From: Methanocellales archaeon
GTDB taxonomy: Archaea > Halobacteriota > JAWCLZ01
Assembly: GCA_038850275.1 (NCBI GenBank)
Contig: JAWCLZ010000002.1
Coordinates: forward strand, 38,993 to 102,992
Direction: 5' to 3'
DNA length: 64,000 nt
Part shown: positions 9,818 through 20,106 of the stretch, one piece after another
Position numbering within the stretch: the first letter of the stretch is position 1
Layout of the letters: every line of letters starts with the position of its first letter
The notes under the pieces: model-generated
What the model was told of the DNA's origin: nothing
Database searches by the model: none
What the model saw: the letters and a program-made list of their open reading frames with translations, nothing else
Translations under genes and position numbers: made by a program

Positions 9818-10875
9818 ATTTCCACTCTCTTTTTCTCCTTTTCTAACTCTTTTATTCCCTTATTCTTAAACTCGATTTTCTTTCTATAATAACTCAGCGG
9901 ATGCGTTATTGAACTGCAGATTTTATCCCTCCCCAAGCAGTTCCCGTAAGTTGCCATTGTTGAACAGCTAGGCGTGGTATACGCAGTTCCGCTTTTACCT
10001 GAGATATGCTCAACTTGATACCTAGTTTTTCCTTCATCGAAATCTGGAAGGGCTTTGAAAACCTCTATTACCTCCTCAACCTTCATGCCTATGTTAAGTA
10101 GAAAAGCAGTTAGCGCGAACCTCGCTGAATGCGGTAGATTTATTCCCATACTTGTATTTCTCAATAAAGAAGCCATGCAGGGGGGAAAGCAATCGACCTC
10201 TACGCTCTGTAGCTTCCCATGTTCATAGCGTGACTTCTGCTTGAGAAGCCTAGCGCTAACCATATTTACTTCGCTTGAGAGGAGCTTTCTTATTTCCATA
10301 GGCACTTCCAGTGGAAGTGAATTTTGAATTTTTCTGCGAATGGCTTCCTGCATTAGCCTAGCGATTTCATTCTTAGAGATTGCCACTTTACCTAACTGAA
10401 GCCTTCTATTAACCAATTTCCACTTGGCATCTTGAATTCCACTTGCTAGATGAAGGTAAATAGGGAAGGGGAGATAGATTTGTGAATTCCAAATAACTTT
10501 GATTTTCAAGTCCTCGCAGATTTCTCTTAAGACATCGTTTTCTTCTTCTTTTAAATATTGATATGCAGCTTTGGCCTCAGCAAGTGCATATCTCCGGGTT
10601 AAATAGGGATCGTTTAAAATGGATATAATTATCCTTGCAATTGGATATGAATAAAGCTCCACTTCCAATAGAATCTCTTCTTTAAAATTAGGCTTTTTGA
10701 TTTCTCCATCTAGGGCTTGAAGTATTCTCTCCACTGCTCTTCTTCTAACTTTTTTTGCAAAATAGTCATCAGTCAATAAACTTTCAATTTTCCTATTGGA
10801 TTGCCTCACGAATTCATGAACCTTGGTGGTGAAGGGATATTTTACTAAAAATGGAAGCATCTTAATCTGTTTCAA
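9814..10875 (-). CDS. priL: DNA primase large subunit PriL
   Basis: 353 aa; Fe-S domain Cys pattern including CFPPCM; overlaps PCNA by 14 nt and the GT4 gene by 4 nt. Confidence 0.7.
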   Translation of the reverse strand: MKQIKMLPFLVKYPFTTKVHEFVRQSNRKIESLLTDDYFAKKVRRRAVERILQALDGEIKKPNFKEEILLEVELYSYPIARIIISILNDPYLTRRYALAEAKAAYQYLKEEENDVLREICEDLKIKVIWNSQIYLPFPIYLHLASGIQDAKWKLVNRRLQLGKVAISKNEIARLMQEAIRRKIQNSLPLEVPMEIRKLLSSEVNMVSARLLKQKSRYEHGKLQSVEVDCFPPCMASLLRNTSMGINLPHSARFALTAFLLNIGMKVEEVIEVFKALPDFDEGKTRYQVEHISGKSGTAYTTPSCSTMATYGNCLGRDKICSSITHPLSYYRKKIEFKNKGIKELEKEKKRVEI

Positions 10876-11620
10876 TTCTAGGAGCTATGAGATAGCTCAC
10901 TGAGCCATTGCCATTTGCTATTTCAAAATCGAATTTAACTGGATAGTCCTTGCCTAGATAAATTGTTACCTCCTTTGCCTTAGCAATTGCTTTGCTCACA
11001 TCGCTTAAGTAATCCAAGGAAAAGAGAGAGCGTACATCCCCAGCGCTGGTGAGGCTTATTAGCTTGTCCCTTGAGATTTCAAGGCGAACTTTATCAGTAT
11101 CCCCCTCTGCCTCCATGTAGAAGATATCGCCTTTCACGCCAAGTGCCATGTGGTCTCCAATTTTCTCACTTGCCTTCACTGCTCTGCGAAGCTCACTACC
11201 ATCAACCACTATTCTCGCAGGTAGTTCTAAATTTGGCACCTTTGGTTCTTTCCTAATTGTAGAGGGATCAAGCAATGAAAGGGTGTAGATAAGCCCACCT
11301 ATTTTTATTTTAAGCTTGTGAGCAACCTCATCGAGCTCAAGTTCCACTAAATCACCCTTATTAGCCATTCCAAGTATATCCCCAAGCTTGATGAGATCAA
11401 TTCCAATCTCGCCCTCCGTGCTTTCATATGATGCAAAAGCTTGAGGGCTTAAGCTAAAAGACACCATAGCGACATTCGCGGGATCTACAGCTCTTAATGA
11501 AATTCCATCCTTGCTTAGTTTAAATTTGGCTTCATCAACAAGCGTGGCAATTGCCTCGATTGAGTCCTTCAAAATATCTGCTTCAATAACAGCTTTGAAC
11601 ATCTTTCTCCTCTCCATCAA
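10862..11620 (-). CDS. pcn: DNA polymerase sliding clamp PCNA
   Basis: 252 aa; MFKAV... N-terminus and the length and two-domain layout typical of archaeal PCNA. Confidence 0.8.
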   Translation of the reverse strand: MMERRKMFKAVIEADILKDSIEAIATLVDEAKFKLSKDGISLRAVDPANVAMVSFSLSPQAFASYESTEGEIGIDLIKLGDILGMANKGDLVELELDEVAHKLKIKIGGLIYTLSLLDPSTIRKEPKVPNLELPARIVVDGSELRRAVKASEKIGDHMALGVKGDIFYMEAEGDTDKVRLEISRDKLISLTSAGDVRSLFSLDYLSDVSKAIAKAKEVTIYLGKDYPVKFDFEIANGNGSVSYLIAPRIETD

Positions 11621-11697
11621 TCGAAATCAAAATACAATAGACAGATGCTAAGTTATATTTTTCGCTTGCTTATTATTCCTTAATTATATCCGCTTTT

Positions 11698-12024
11698 TTA
11701 ATTGTACTCCCGCCAAGTTCTCTTGCACTTTGTACAGCGGAAGAAGCGAACTTCACTTTCATCACTCCTACGAAGCTGACGGATCCACCAATAGGCTTCT
11801 GAGTTGCCGCACTCAGGGCATTTTGCATTAGTCACTGGGAGAACTGCGAATTCATCCTCAATTAAACGCTGCAGCTTTTCACGTCCCTCAGTCTTGGAAA
11901 TGTAATGATTATTGTTGAATGGTATTTCCTCTCCACATTTTCTACATCGATATATCTTGAGTTCTCCCTCCCTCATAGGTAGCATGAGGCTTTTGCATTT
12001 AGGGCAGAATTCCACCATGGTCAC
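11698..12024 (-). CDS. tfs: Transcription factor S (TFIIS-like; RNAP subunit M paralogue)
   Basis: 108 aa; N-terminal CPKC...CRKC zinc ribbon and C-terminal CPECG...RCTKC ribbon with acidic RSDE loop. Confidence 0.85.
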   Translation of the reverse strand: MTMVEFCPKCKSLMLPMREGELKIYRCRKCGEEIPFNNNHYISKTEGREKLQRLIEDEFAVLPVTNAKCPECGNSEAYWWIRQLRRSDESEVRFFRCTKCKRTWREYN

Positions 12025-12087
12025 CAGAATAAATTGTAGATTTTTAATTAGTTGTAATTAATTATAAGCTTGATGGTCTCCATATTT

Positions 12088-12717
12088 TTATCTCTTAACA
12101 CTTACCCTTCCCTTGCTTTCAACTAACTTCAAACCAAGCTTGTTTAGATATTCTGCAGCCTCCCCGCTGCCGTGGATTAATAGCTCAGCGATGTCCCACA
12201 CTTCATCGATATCGCACGCTGTATAAAATGAATCATATGCTTTAAAGGAAAGTCCAGCTTCCAAAGCGATTCTTTTATGCTTTAAATAGCTTATTTCATA
12301 ATAATCAGCTCTATATTTAGAAGGATGCCTTACTAGCATTATATTCGTGCCCCCTCCCTTCCCAAAGGCTATGACTATGTCTTCCTTGCAAGCAATGATT
12401 TCATCTATATGCCTAGGTTGAATTAGAGGTAGATCTGCCATTACAATTAAAATCTCTTCTTTTGCTTTAGCGAATTGCTCATTGATAGCTTCACTTAATC
12501 CTTTATCGCTCACTTCAACCTCAACCTCGGCTTCTATATCCTCCAGCCCTTCTCTACTCATAGCGAGTACTTTAACCTCGCTTACCTTTGATTTCTTAAG
12601 CGCTTTTATCACATCCTTCAGCATCGCTAGAGCGAATTTTTCCCTCTCCTCTTGATTGAGGAGTGAGGCTAGTCTTGATTTAGCGTTTTGCTTTTTAAAG
12701 GGTATGATTGCCTTCAT
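12088..12717 (-). CDS. cofC: 2-phospho-L-lactate guanylyltransferase (F420 biosynthesis)
   Basis: Likely start is MKAIIPFKKQNAKSRL (internal Met of the 221-aa ORF); MobA-like NTP-transferase fold; sits next to cofGH. Confidence 0.75.
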   Translation of the reverse strand: MKAIIPFKKQNAKSRLASLLNQEEREKFALAMLKDVIKALKKSKVSEVKVLAMSREGLEDIEAEVEVEVSDKGLSEAINEQFAKAKEEILIVMADLPLIQPRHIDEIIACKEDIVIAFGKGGGTNIMLVRHPSKYRADYYEISYLKHKRIALEAGLSFKAYDSFYTACDIDEVWDIAELLIHGSGEAAEYLNKLGLKLVESKGRVSVKR

Positions 12718-12754
12718 TTTACCACAGCTAAGTTTTAATCTCCATTTTACCAAA

Positions 12755-12797
12755 GCTAAGTTAAATTAGTGATCAGTATAATTTTTTTATTGCGACT
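12755..12797. promoter_or_regulatory. Divergent AT-rich promoter region between cofC(-) and cofG(+) with TATA-like agtataattttttta
   Basis: Position and composition only. Confidence 0.25.
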
Positions 12798-13865
12798 ATG
12801 AATGATATTAGTATAAAAAGACGTGCCCTTCAAATCCTTGAGACACCTGAGGAAAAACTTCCTCTTCATAGACCAAGCTATGTTTCCTTCTCAAGAAATG
12901 TTTTTATTCCCCTCACTAATGTATGTAGAAATAAATGCGGTTATTGTGGATTTAGAAGAGATATTAATAGCAATGAGGCATACTTGCTCACCCCTGAAGA
13001 AGTAATTTCCATTTTTAAACGAGGCAAAGCAGCTGGGGCTACTGAAGCTCTTTTTACATTTGGGGAGCTACCTGAGTTGATTCCTGAGTTCAAAGAATGG
13101 CTGGGTAAACTTGGCTATGATAGAACAGTGGACTACCTCCATGACTTATGTAAACTAGCTCTAGAATATGGTTTGCTGCCGCATTCTAATCCAGGGATTT
13201 TAAGTTTTAGTGATATGAAAAAACTTAAATCGGTGAATGCTAGCATGGGCTTAATGCTTGAAACAACTGCAAAACTTAAAGCACATCGCTTGAGCCCTGG
13301 GAAAGCACCGGAAGAGAGACTAAAGGTCATTGAAAACGCTGGCAAGCTTCAAATCCCATTTACCACTGGGCTATTGATAGGAATAGGTGAAACTTGGGAG
13401 GATAGAGTTGATTCCCTGCTTGCAATACGCAAGCTTCAAGATCAATATGATAATATTCAAGAGGTGATAATTCAAAACTTCGTGCCCAAGCCAAGAACTG
13501 AGATGAGCGATCATCCACCTCCTAGTTTCGAAACCATGAAGAGAATGGTGATACTTGCTAGAGCAATACTTCAACCTGAGATAGCAATTCAAGTCCCCCC
13601 AAATATCTTTCCATATTCACTAGTTAAATATGGGGCAAATGACTTTGGAGGTATATCAGAGGTAACAATTGACTATATAAATCCAGAGGCAGCTTGGCCT
13701 ATGCTTAGTGAACTCAAGCGCCTTGCCAATGGCATTCCTCTTAGGGAGAGGCTGCCAATTTATCCGCGCTTTGTAAAGCGAAAGTGGTATAGCGATTTAA
13801 TAGGAGAATTAATTGAAAAATTAGCGAATGAAGAGGGATTTCGATCAAATGAAGTTGATTTGTAA
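12798..13865 (+). CDS. cofG: FO synthase subunit 1 (7,8-didemethyl-8-hydroxy-5-deazariboflavin synthase), radical SAM
   Basis: 355 aa; [10 protein letters not shown] radical SAM cluster motif. Confidence 0.85.
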   Translation: MNDISIKRRALQILETPEEKLPLHRPSYVSFSRNVFIPLTNVCRNKCGYCGFRRDINSNEAYLLTPEEVISIFKRGKAAGATEALFTFGELPELIPEFKEWLGKLGYDRTVDYLHDLCKLALEYGLLPHSNPGILSFSDMKKLKSVNASMGLMLETTAKLKAHRLSPGKAPEERLKVIENAGKLQIPFTTGLLIGIGETWEDRVDSLLAIRKLQDQYDNIQEVIIQNFVPKPRTEMSDHPPPSFETMKRMVILARAILQPEIAIQVPPNIFPYSLVKYGANDFGGISEVTIDYINPEAAWPMLSELKRLANGIPLRERLPIYPRFVKRKWYSDLIGELIEKLANEEGFRSNEVDL

Positions 13866-14877
13866 TTCAAAACAAGAGGCTAAAAAACTGCTTAAATTGA
13901 ATCCATTTAAGCTATTCGCCCTCGCGGATGAGTTGCGGGAGGAACTTGTAGGTGAAATTGTAACCTATGTTATTAATCGAAATATAAATTTCACAAACAT
14001 CTGCCAAGCTAAATGCAAATTCTGCGCTTTCCACTCTAGAGGTGGAGATGGCTTTTTTTTAAGCTTGGAGGGAATTTTGAAAAAAGTGGAGGAAGCTATA
14101 AAGTTGGGTGCAACTGAGGTATGCATCCAAGGTGGTTTATATCCTGGGATGAAGCTTGAGGATTATTGCAATATAATTAGAGCAATTAAGGAGAACTATG
14201 ATATTCACATTCACGCCTTCTCGCCAATGGAAGTTTTACACGCGGCTCGAAATTCCAAGCTCTCAGTGGAGAGTACTCTAAGGATTTTAAAACAAAATGG
14301 CCTTGATTCAATGCCTGGCACTGCAGCAGAGATATTAAACGACCGCATAAGAAGAGAAATATGCCCTCGGAAGCTAAAAACTAGCGAGTGGATTGCAATT
14401 GTGAAAAAAGCCCATGAACTGGGAATTCCAACAACTGCAACGATGATGTATGGTCATGTTGAAAGCCCTGAGGATAGAATAAACCACATGTTTTTAATTC
14501 GAAACCTTCAGCGAGAAACACATGGATTTACGGAATTCATTCCCCTCACGTTTATGTCAAAAAACAATCCACTAGGTGAGAAATCCCCAGGCGCTAGTGG
14601 TCTAGAGGATTTGAGAGTAATAGCCTTAGCTAGACTTATCTTCGCTGGCGATCTTAAAAATATCCAAGCCTCTTGGGTGAAACTCGGGGTAAAGCTAGCG
14701 CAAGTTGCACTTCACTGTGGAGCAAATGACTTGGGAGGTACATTGATGGAGGAAAATATATCTAAATCAGCTGGGGCTAAAACTGGGGAATATTTATCTC
14801 CACAGGAATTTGTCAAGTTAATTAAAGCAGCTGGTAGAGTGCCTAGGCAGAGGAGCACTTTATATGAACTACTATAG
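13828..14877 (+). CDS. cofH: FO synthase subunit 2, radical SAM
   Basis: 349 aa; [10 protein letters not shown] motif; overlaps cofG (alternative start MKLICN at 13849). Confidence 0.85.
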   Translation: MKRDFDQMKLICNSKQEAKKLLKLNPFKLFALADELREELVGEIVTYVINRNINFTNICQAKCKFCAFHSRGGDGFFLSLEGILKKVEEAIKLGATEVCIQGGLYPGMKLEDYCNIIRAIKENYDIHIHAFSPMEVLHAARNSKLSVESTLRILKQNGLDSMPGTAAEILNDRIRREICPRKLKTSEWIAIVKKAHELGIPTTATMMYGHVESPEDRINHMFLIRNLQRETHGFTEFIPLTFMSKNNPLGEKSPGASGLEDLRVIALARLIFAGDLKNIQASWVKLGVKLAQVALHCGANDLGGTLMEENISKSAGAKTGEYLSPQEFVKLIKAAGRVPRQRSTLYELL

Positions 14878-14888
14878 GGAATTGAGAT

Positions 14889-15950
14889 ATGCGCATACTT
14901 AAACACCGACTTAGGGATCAAGAGGGCGAGATAACTATTGTGCCTGAATCTCTAGATGATCTATGGCATTTGAAATATGTACTTGAGAAGGGCGATTTAA
15001 TTTATGCAGATACAATGCGTAGAGCAGAGGTACCGGGGGATAAAATTCGGCCTGAGAAGGCTGAAAAGCGACCTGTGCGCTTGGGATTGAGACTTGAAAA
15101 TGTGGAGTTCCATAAATTTGCAAATCGACTCAGGTTAAGCGGTGTAATAGAGCAAGGGGTGGACATTGGGAGCTATCATACCATTAATATTGAGCCAAAT
15201 TCTGAGCTCTCCATAGTTAAAAAATGGGAGAAGGATCAAATTGAGCGCTTGAATGAAGCAGTGAAAGCGAGTAATCAACCTAAAGTTGCAATTATAACTA
15301 TCGAGGATGGAGAAGCAGTCTTTGGATTGGTTAGGCAATATGGAGTGGAAGAAGTTGCTTATGTAAAAGGCTCCAGGGGTAAAAGAGGAGGAGGAGATCC
15401 TAGGGGGGAATTCTTTAGCGAAGTGCTTGAAAAACTCAATTTGCTAGCAGCGAGCGCTGAAGTTTTTGTAATCGCAGGTCCAGGTTTTACTAAGAAGGAT
15501 TTCATTGCTTATGTAAAAGAGCGAAAGCCTGAGCTTGCAAGTAAATTCATGATGGAGGACACTTCATCCATAGGGACGAGTGGCTTTCAAGAGGTATTAA
15601 GAAGAGGCGCCATAGATCGCATTATCAAGCATTCTCGAATTACACAAGAAGCTATCCTCATCGAAAAACTACTGCGGGAGATAGCTAGAGAAGAGGGAAA
15701 GGGAAAAGCTGCTTATGGTATGGCTGAGGTTATTAAAGCTAGTGAATATGGAGCGATAGAAACCCTGCTTATAGTGGATGAAACTCTTCGTGCAGCTAGG
15801 GGAGGCGAGGGAAAAAAGGTGGAAGAACTTTTGAAGAAAGTGGAGAAAGCGCAGGGGAGAGTAGTTATATTTAGCAGTGAGTTTGAACCTGGCAAGAGAT
15901 TGCAAGCACTTGGGGGGATAGCTGCACTATTGAGATTCAAAGTTGATTGA
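14889..15950 (+). CDS. pelA: Protein pelota (Dom34 homologue; mRNA surveillance/ribosome rescue)
   Basis: 353 aa; N-terminus MRILKHRL...ESLDDLWHLKYVLEKGD; central and C-terminal eRF1-like domains. Confidence 0.8.
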   Translation: MRILKHRLRDQEGEITIVPESLDDLWHLKYVLEKGDLIYADTMRRAEVPGDKIRPEKAEKRPVRLGLRLENVEFHKFANRLRLSGVIEQGVDIGSYHTINIEPNSELSIVKKWEKDQIERLNEAVKASNQPKVAIITIEDGEAVFGLVRQYGVEEVAYVKGSRGKRGGGDPRGEFFSEVLEKLNLLAASAEVFVIAGPGFTKKDFIAYVKERKPELASKFMMEDTSSIGTSGFQEVLRRGAIDRIIKHSRITQEAILIEKLLREIAREEGKGKAAYGMAEVIKASEYGAIETLLIVDETLRAARGGEGKKVEELLKKVEKAQGRVVIFSSEFEPGKRLQALGGIAALLRFKVD

Positions 15951-16034
15951 TAGTGAATTGTTTTCTCCATGCAATTGAGATTGAATTTGCAATAAGTCTT
16001 CTTATCACACCTTCGGATTGGATAGCTGTAGTTT

Positions 16035-16364
16035 TCAACCGTACATCCTCGATGTGTCAGATGTTTCTTTAGATACTCCCTTCTTCAAAGTTTCTTCGAG
16101 TTCTTTAATATGAGAGTTCATCCATTCAGCAATGCTCTTGAACTGCGCTGGTGACATGCGAATGTCTATTATCAACTCTCGATTGATCTTCTGAAGCTTC
16201 ATAGCTCCAGTTGGTTCTTCAAGCATCTCAGGTACAAGTCGATCTACATAGAAGATCATCCTTCCCTCATCAGGGCTTAATCCACCGAAAACGCCATTTA
16301 TATATATTACTTTATATTCAGGACTCTTGGTTAGTTCAAATTTTACCTTATGCAATAAAATCAC
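16035..16364 (-). CDS. Hypothetical protein (DUF3467-like)
   Basis: 109 aa; no recognisable catalytic motif. Confidence 0.3.
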   Translation of the reverse strand: MILLHKVKFELTKSPEYKVIYINGVFGGLSPDEGRMIFYVDRLVPEMLEEPTGAMKLQKINRELIIDIRMSPAQFKSIAEWMNSHIKELEETLKKGVSKETSDTSRMYG

Positions 16365-16419
16365 CCTCCAAGTTATTTAGCCTTCACTCTCCAAGTTATA
16401 TTTAGCGCCTTCGCCTCCT

Positions 16420-18159
16420 CTAAGTAACAATGCCTTTTAATTTTTCTCTATATAGCTTGAGCATTTCAAGTGCCTCCTCCTCGCTGAGCTTACCCTGGAG
16501 GCACTCTGCTTCAAAGAAGCGCTTGGGGATTCTTACCTCAGTTAAGCTGAAGCCCTCTCGCTTTTTAAATTCATATTTAAGCTTGAAGATCTCTCTTCCA
16601 ATGTCAGCAAGCTCTTCCTTGGTTTTCTTAATCCCAAGGGCATCAAGTGCCCTGGAAACAATTTCTTCGCTGTAGACATTCCTCGCAAAGAGGCAGATAA
16701 CTAGAGAGTTCAACATAGCGCGAGTATTATCCTCGCAAATAATTGCATCAATGATCTGCTCCTTACTTAAGCGCTGCTTAGCAGCCTTTTGATCAATACT
16801 ATAACCAGCGTTATCCAAGTGACCGTGCCTAGGACCCACGATATGTCCTATTAGATTGGCATAGCCAGTGTGATACCCAGCGATCTCTAGTCCACCAAGT
16901 GCAATGGCAAAGTCCTCCCCTCCATATTTCTTCGCCGCTGCTATTACTCCCTCAGCTAGAGTTTTGTAGAATTCATTTGGCTGTTTAACGATCAACTCTA
17001 TAGCTTTCAAGTAACCCTCTACATCTCCCCATCGCAGCTGTACATTCATGGTGTCTCTCTTCGAAATCAAATGATTCTCATATGCTTCCGTTGCCCAGCC
17101 AAGCACCACTCCAGTGCTCAATGCATCTAAACCAAGGTGATCAACTCGCTCAATAAGGCGAAGCACTCCCTCAGCAAGTGGTATTCCTAAAAAGCTACCT
17201 AGAGCATAGATTGGCTCATAATCATATGGTATTAATTTGGTTTCAAATTCAAAGCCCTCTGCAAATGGAATGCGAAGCATGGCTATATGTATGCAGCCAA
17301 CTGGACAGGGAACGCATGCCATATGCCTTGTTAAGTAGTTCTCAGCAAAATGCTCGCCTGATATATAATCTGCATATTCAAATTGAGCAGTTTGTAGATT
17401 CCTAGTTGGTAAGGCTTTAAGTCGATTGAGTGCATTTACATTTATCGAAGTACCATAGTCGTGATATTTCTTTAACAAATCAGTTCCCACGATTAAATCA
17501 TAGATCTCTTTATATACTTCTTTATATTTCTCTAAATTTGCAATTGGAATCTCATGCGAGCCTGAGATCACAATTGCCTTCAAATTTTTGCTTCCAAAAA
17601 CAGCTCCTAAGCCAAGTCTACCGAAATGGCGATAAGTATCCACGTTGACATTTGCATATCTAACTTTTCTCTCCCCAGCGACTCCAATTCTAATTATACT
17701 TCGCTTCCCAGCTCCTGGCTCAATTTTTCGCAATATTTGTCCAACTACATATGCACTGCTAATTCCCCATATAGAGGATGCATCTTTGAATTTTACCTCG
17801 CCATCGTGGATGGAGAGATAAACTGGGCGCGGGGCTTTGCCTTTGATCACAATCGCGCCATAGTTTGCAAAGCGCATGGCAGCTGCCAATCTCCCCCCTG
17901 CGTGGCTCTCTCCAAGTTCATTTGTAAGCGGTGATTTAAACATAGCTACAACCTTTGTGCAAGTGGGAAAGATTGCTGAAAGTGGTCCAATAGCTAAAAT
18001 AATGGGGTTCTCAGGCGAGAATGGATCTATCCTCGGAGGGCATTCTTCAAGCAATAGCTTTGTGGCAACTCCACTGCCTCCTAGATATTTCTCAAAGAGA
18101 TCATAGCGATTCTCGACCTTAACTTTCTCCTCGCCTAGATTTATATAGAGTACCCTCAT
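16420..18159 (-). CDS. aor: Aldehyde:ferredoxin oxidoreductase family tungstoenzyme
   Basis: 579 aa; AOR N-terminal MRVLYINLGEEKV...YLGGSGVATKLL and Fe-S/pterin-binding Cys residues. Confidence 0.85.
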   Translation of the reverse strand: MRVLYINLGEEKVKVENRYDLFEKYLGGSGVATKLLLEECPPRIDPFSPENPIILAIGPLSAIFPTCTKVVAMFKSPLTNELGESHAGGRLAAAMRFANYGAIVIKGKAPRPVYLSIHDGEVKFKDASSIWGISSAYVVGQILRKIEPGAGKRSIIRIGVAGERKVRYANVNVDTYRHFGRLGLGAVFGSKNLKAIVISGSHEIPIANLEKYKEVYKEIYDLIVGTDLLKKYHDYGTSINVNALNRLKALPTRNLQTAQFEYADYISGEHFAENYLTRHMACVPCPVGCIHIAMLRIPFAEGFEFETKLIPYDYEPIYALGSFLGIPLAEGVLRLIERVDHLGLDALSTGVVLGWATEAYENHLISKRDTMNVQLRWGDVEGYLKAIELIVKQPNEFYKTLAEGVIAAAKKYGGEDFAIALGGLEIAGYHTGYANLIGHIVGPRHGHLDNAGYSIDQKAAKQRLSKEQIIDAIICEDNTRAMLNSLVICLFARNVYSEEIVSRALDALGIKKTKEELADIGREIFKLKYEFKKREGFSLTEVRIPKRFFEAECLQGKLSEEEALEMLKLYREKLKGIVT

Positions 18160-18160
18160 T

Positions 18161-18571
18161 TTAAAGCACCTCTATGGTTTCAAGCGCGAGTACATCATGC
18201 GGGCAGAACTTGGCACACCAGCCGCAGTGCGTGCAAGTAAGCGGTCTCCCCTCCCTATCGATGGTTATAGCTCGGATTAAACAAGCCTTTGCACATTCTC
18301 CACAAGAGTTGCACTTTGAGGCATCGAATTTATTTCCCCCTCCATCTCTTGCTAGAAGGGCTCCAGTTTTACATGCTCTCACGCAAGCTGGATCAGCGCA
18401 AGCTCTGCAAGCTATAACATTGAACTCGCTTTCAATTCCCCCAGCTGTAACCACCTTTATAGCGCTGTCATCAAGTGATACTTTTTTAAATCTATTGCGA
18501 GCGCACGCGAAAACACAGCTTAAGCAGCCTATGCACCGCTCTGGATTTTTAACCTTGATTCTTTTAACCAT
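18161..18571 (-). CDS. 4Fe-4S ferredoxin (AOR-associated electron carrier)
   Basis: 136 aa with 4 CxxCxxCxxxC-type clusters (CIGCLSCVFAC, CRACADPACVRAC, CNSCGECAKAC, CTHCGWCAKFC); 1 nt from the aor stop. Confidence 0.75.
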   Translation of the reverse strand: MVKRIKVKNPERCIGCLSCVFACARNRFKKVSLDDSAIKVVTAGGIESEFNVIACRACADPACVRACKTGALLARDGGGNKFDASKCNSCGECAKACLIRAITIDREGRPLTCTHCGWCAKFCPHDVLALETIEVL

Positions 18572-18587
18572 ATAAACTTATCAATTC

Positions 18588-18606
18588 ATTTTAAAAATAT
18601 AAAAAT
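18588..18606. promoter_or_regulatory. TATA-box-like element (ttttaaaaatataaaaatt) in a divergent promoter
   Basis: Centred ~27 nt upstream of the ferredoxin start codon (-), consistent with a leaderless transcript; arsA (+) starts 50 nt further on, preceded by a GGAGG RBS. Confidence 0.3.
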
Positions 18607-18655
18607 TGCTTTTGTAGGCAAAAATTTAGATAGAACTATCGAGATAGGAGGAAAT

Positions 18656-19864
18656 GTGAAGATCCCAAGAGTAATACTCTACACCGGTAAAGGCGGCACT
18701 GGGAAGTCTGTCATAGCTAGTGCCACTGCTCTTAAAACTGCGAGCTTGGGATATAAAACTATCATAGTATCCTCGGATCCTGCTCATACACTTATGGATG
18801 CTTTTGAAAAGAAAATAAGTGATTCTCAAACTGAAATTTGCGAGAACTTGTGGGCGATTCAAATAGATTCTATTAAAGAGATGCAGAAGAACTACGCAGT
18901 TATTCAAGAGTATCTAACCTCTGTGCTTTCAGCTAAGGGAATAGAGGAAACCCTAGCCTATGAAATAGCCACAATGCCTGGGATGACTCATGTGTTTGCA
19001 CTTCTCAAAATCGAGGAACTATTGAGAGAACAGCAGTTTGAGGTAATAATTCTCGATACAGTTGCAGCGGGCGAAGCCCTTAGATATATACATTTCCCCA
19101 AACTCTTCGGGAGCATAAGCAGAAAACTGATGAACATCGCAGGCTCAGTAGCTAGTGCAGCAAGAGTTATACAACCCCTCATAGGACTGCCTGCTCCAAG
19201 AAAAGAGGTATTCCAATCTGAGGTGGAGTTCATTAAGAGGCTTGAAAAACTAGGGGATATTCTTAAAGATTCAAACATCACGAGTTTAAGGCTTGTGGTC
19301 AACCCTGATTCCTTTAGCATTGAAAATACTCGAAGAGCTCTATTGCTTTCAAACCTATATGGAATAAATGTAGATCTAGCTATAATCAACAAAATCTTGC
19401 CAGAAGGAATAGGCGATCCATTTTTTAAAAAATGGATTGAGCTTCAGAAGAAATATATAGCTGAAGCAGAATCAAGTTTTTATCCACTTCCCATTAAAAA
19501 GGTAATGCTCTTCGAATCAGAGCTAAAGGGCATTGCTAGACTTAAAAAATGTGGAGATGAATTATTCCAGAATGAAAATCCCGCTATAGTTTACTTCAAA
19601 GGTTCTCCATTCAAAATCATTACTAAGGATAAAGAACTTGTTTTAATGGTCAAAGTTCCCTATGTAAGTAGAGAGATGATAAACGATATTGAAAGAATCG
19701 GAGATGAACTCTTGGTAAAGATAAACACCGAAGTTGGAGATATAATACGAATCATACCCCTTCCAACAGCTGCACTTCAAATGAAACTCTCAAGAGCTAA
19801 GCTTATAAACGATGAACTGCATATTACCTTTATTGATGAGAGAGAGGGAGAGCAGCGCTATTGA
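18656..19864 (+). CDS. ArsA/GET3-family P-loop ATPase
   Basis: 402 aa; GTG start after GATAGGAGGA RBS; YTGKGGTGKS Walker A; DTVAAGEALRY in the position of the ArsA DTAPTGH signature (a variant). Confidence 0.7.
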   Translation: MKIPRVILYTGKGGTGKSVIASATALKTASLGYKTIIVSSDPAHTLMDAFEKKISDSQTEICENLWAIQIDSIKEMQKNYAVIQEYLTSVLSAKGIEETLAYEIATMPGMTHVFALLKIEELLREQQFEVIILDTVAAGEALRYIHFPKLFGSISRKLMNIAGSVASAARVIQPLIGLPAPRKEVFQSEVEFIKRLEKLGDILKDSNITSLRLVVNPDSFSIENTRRALLLSNLYGINVDLAIINKILPEGIGDPFFKKWIELQKKYIAEAESSFYPLPIKKVMLFESELKGIARLKKCGDELFQNENPAIVYFKGSPFKIITKDKELVLMVKVPYVSREMINDIERIGDELLVKINTEVGDIIRIIPLPTAALQMKLSRAKLINDELHITFIDEREGEQRY

Positions 19865-19892
19865 GGATATCGCAAGGGGTGTGGCGAAGTTA

Positions 19893-20105
19893 ATGGCATT
19901 GCCTTTTTCTGAGACATTTGACCAAGTTCTCATAGAGAGTTTACCTAAGAAATATGCTCAAACTACTGAGCATCTTATAAATGCAAGAATTGAGTTCTTA
20001 AGTGCACTAAAGAGCTTGTTGGACTTGAAAATAGAGAGACTTAAAGAAGTTAGAGAGAAAATCAAAGAAAAACCTGAGAAAAAGGAAAAGGTAAAAGTGG
20101 AGTAA
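19893..20105 (+). CDS. Hypothetical small protein (70 aa from the internal ATG; K/E-rich C-terminus)
   Basis: The ORF-track version (19812) overlaps arsA by 53 nt; the ATG at 19893 avoids the overlap. Confidence 0.25.
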   Translation: MALPFSETFDQVLIESLPKKYAQTTEHLINARIEFLSALKSLLDLKIERLKEVREKIKEKPEKKEKVKVE

Positions 20106-20106
20106 A

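Noticed and set aside
18174-18575. 133-aa plus-strand ORF, and similar antisense ORFs inside long genes (e.g. 3485..3886, 16430..16675, 37378..37812, 55061..55270)
   Set aside because: Each is fully embedded antisense within a well-supported CDS; the composition is low-complexity (Ser/Leu/Pro-rich), typical of shadow ORFs
19812-19892. N-terminal 27 codons of ORF 19812..20105
   Set aside because: They overlap the arsA 3' end by 53 nt; the internal ATG at 19893 gives a non-overlapping start
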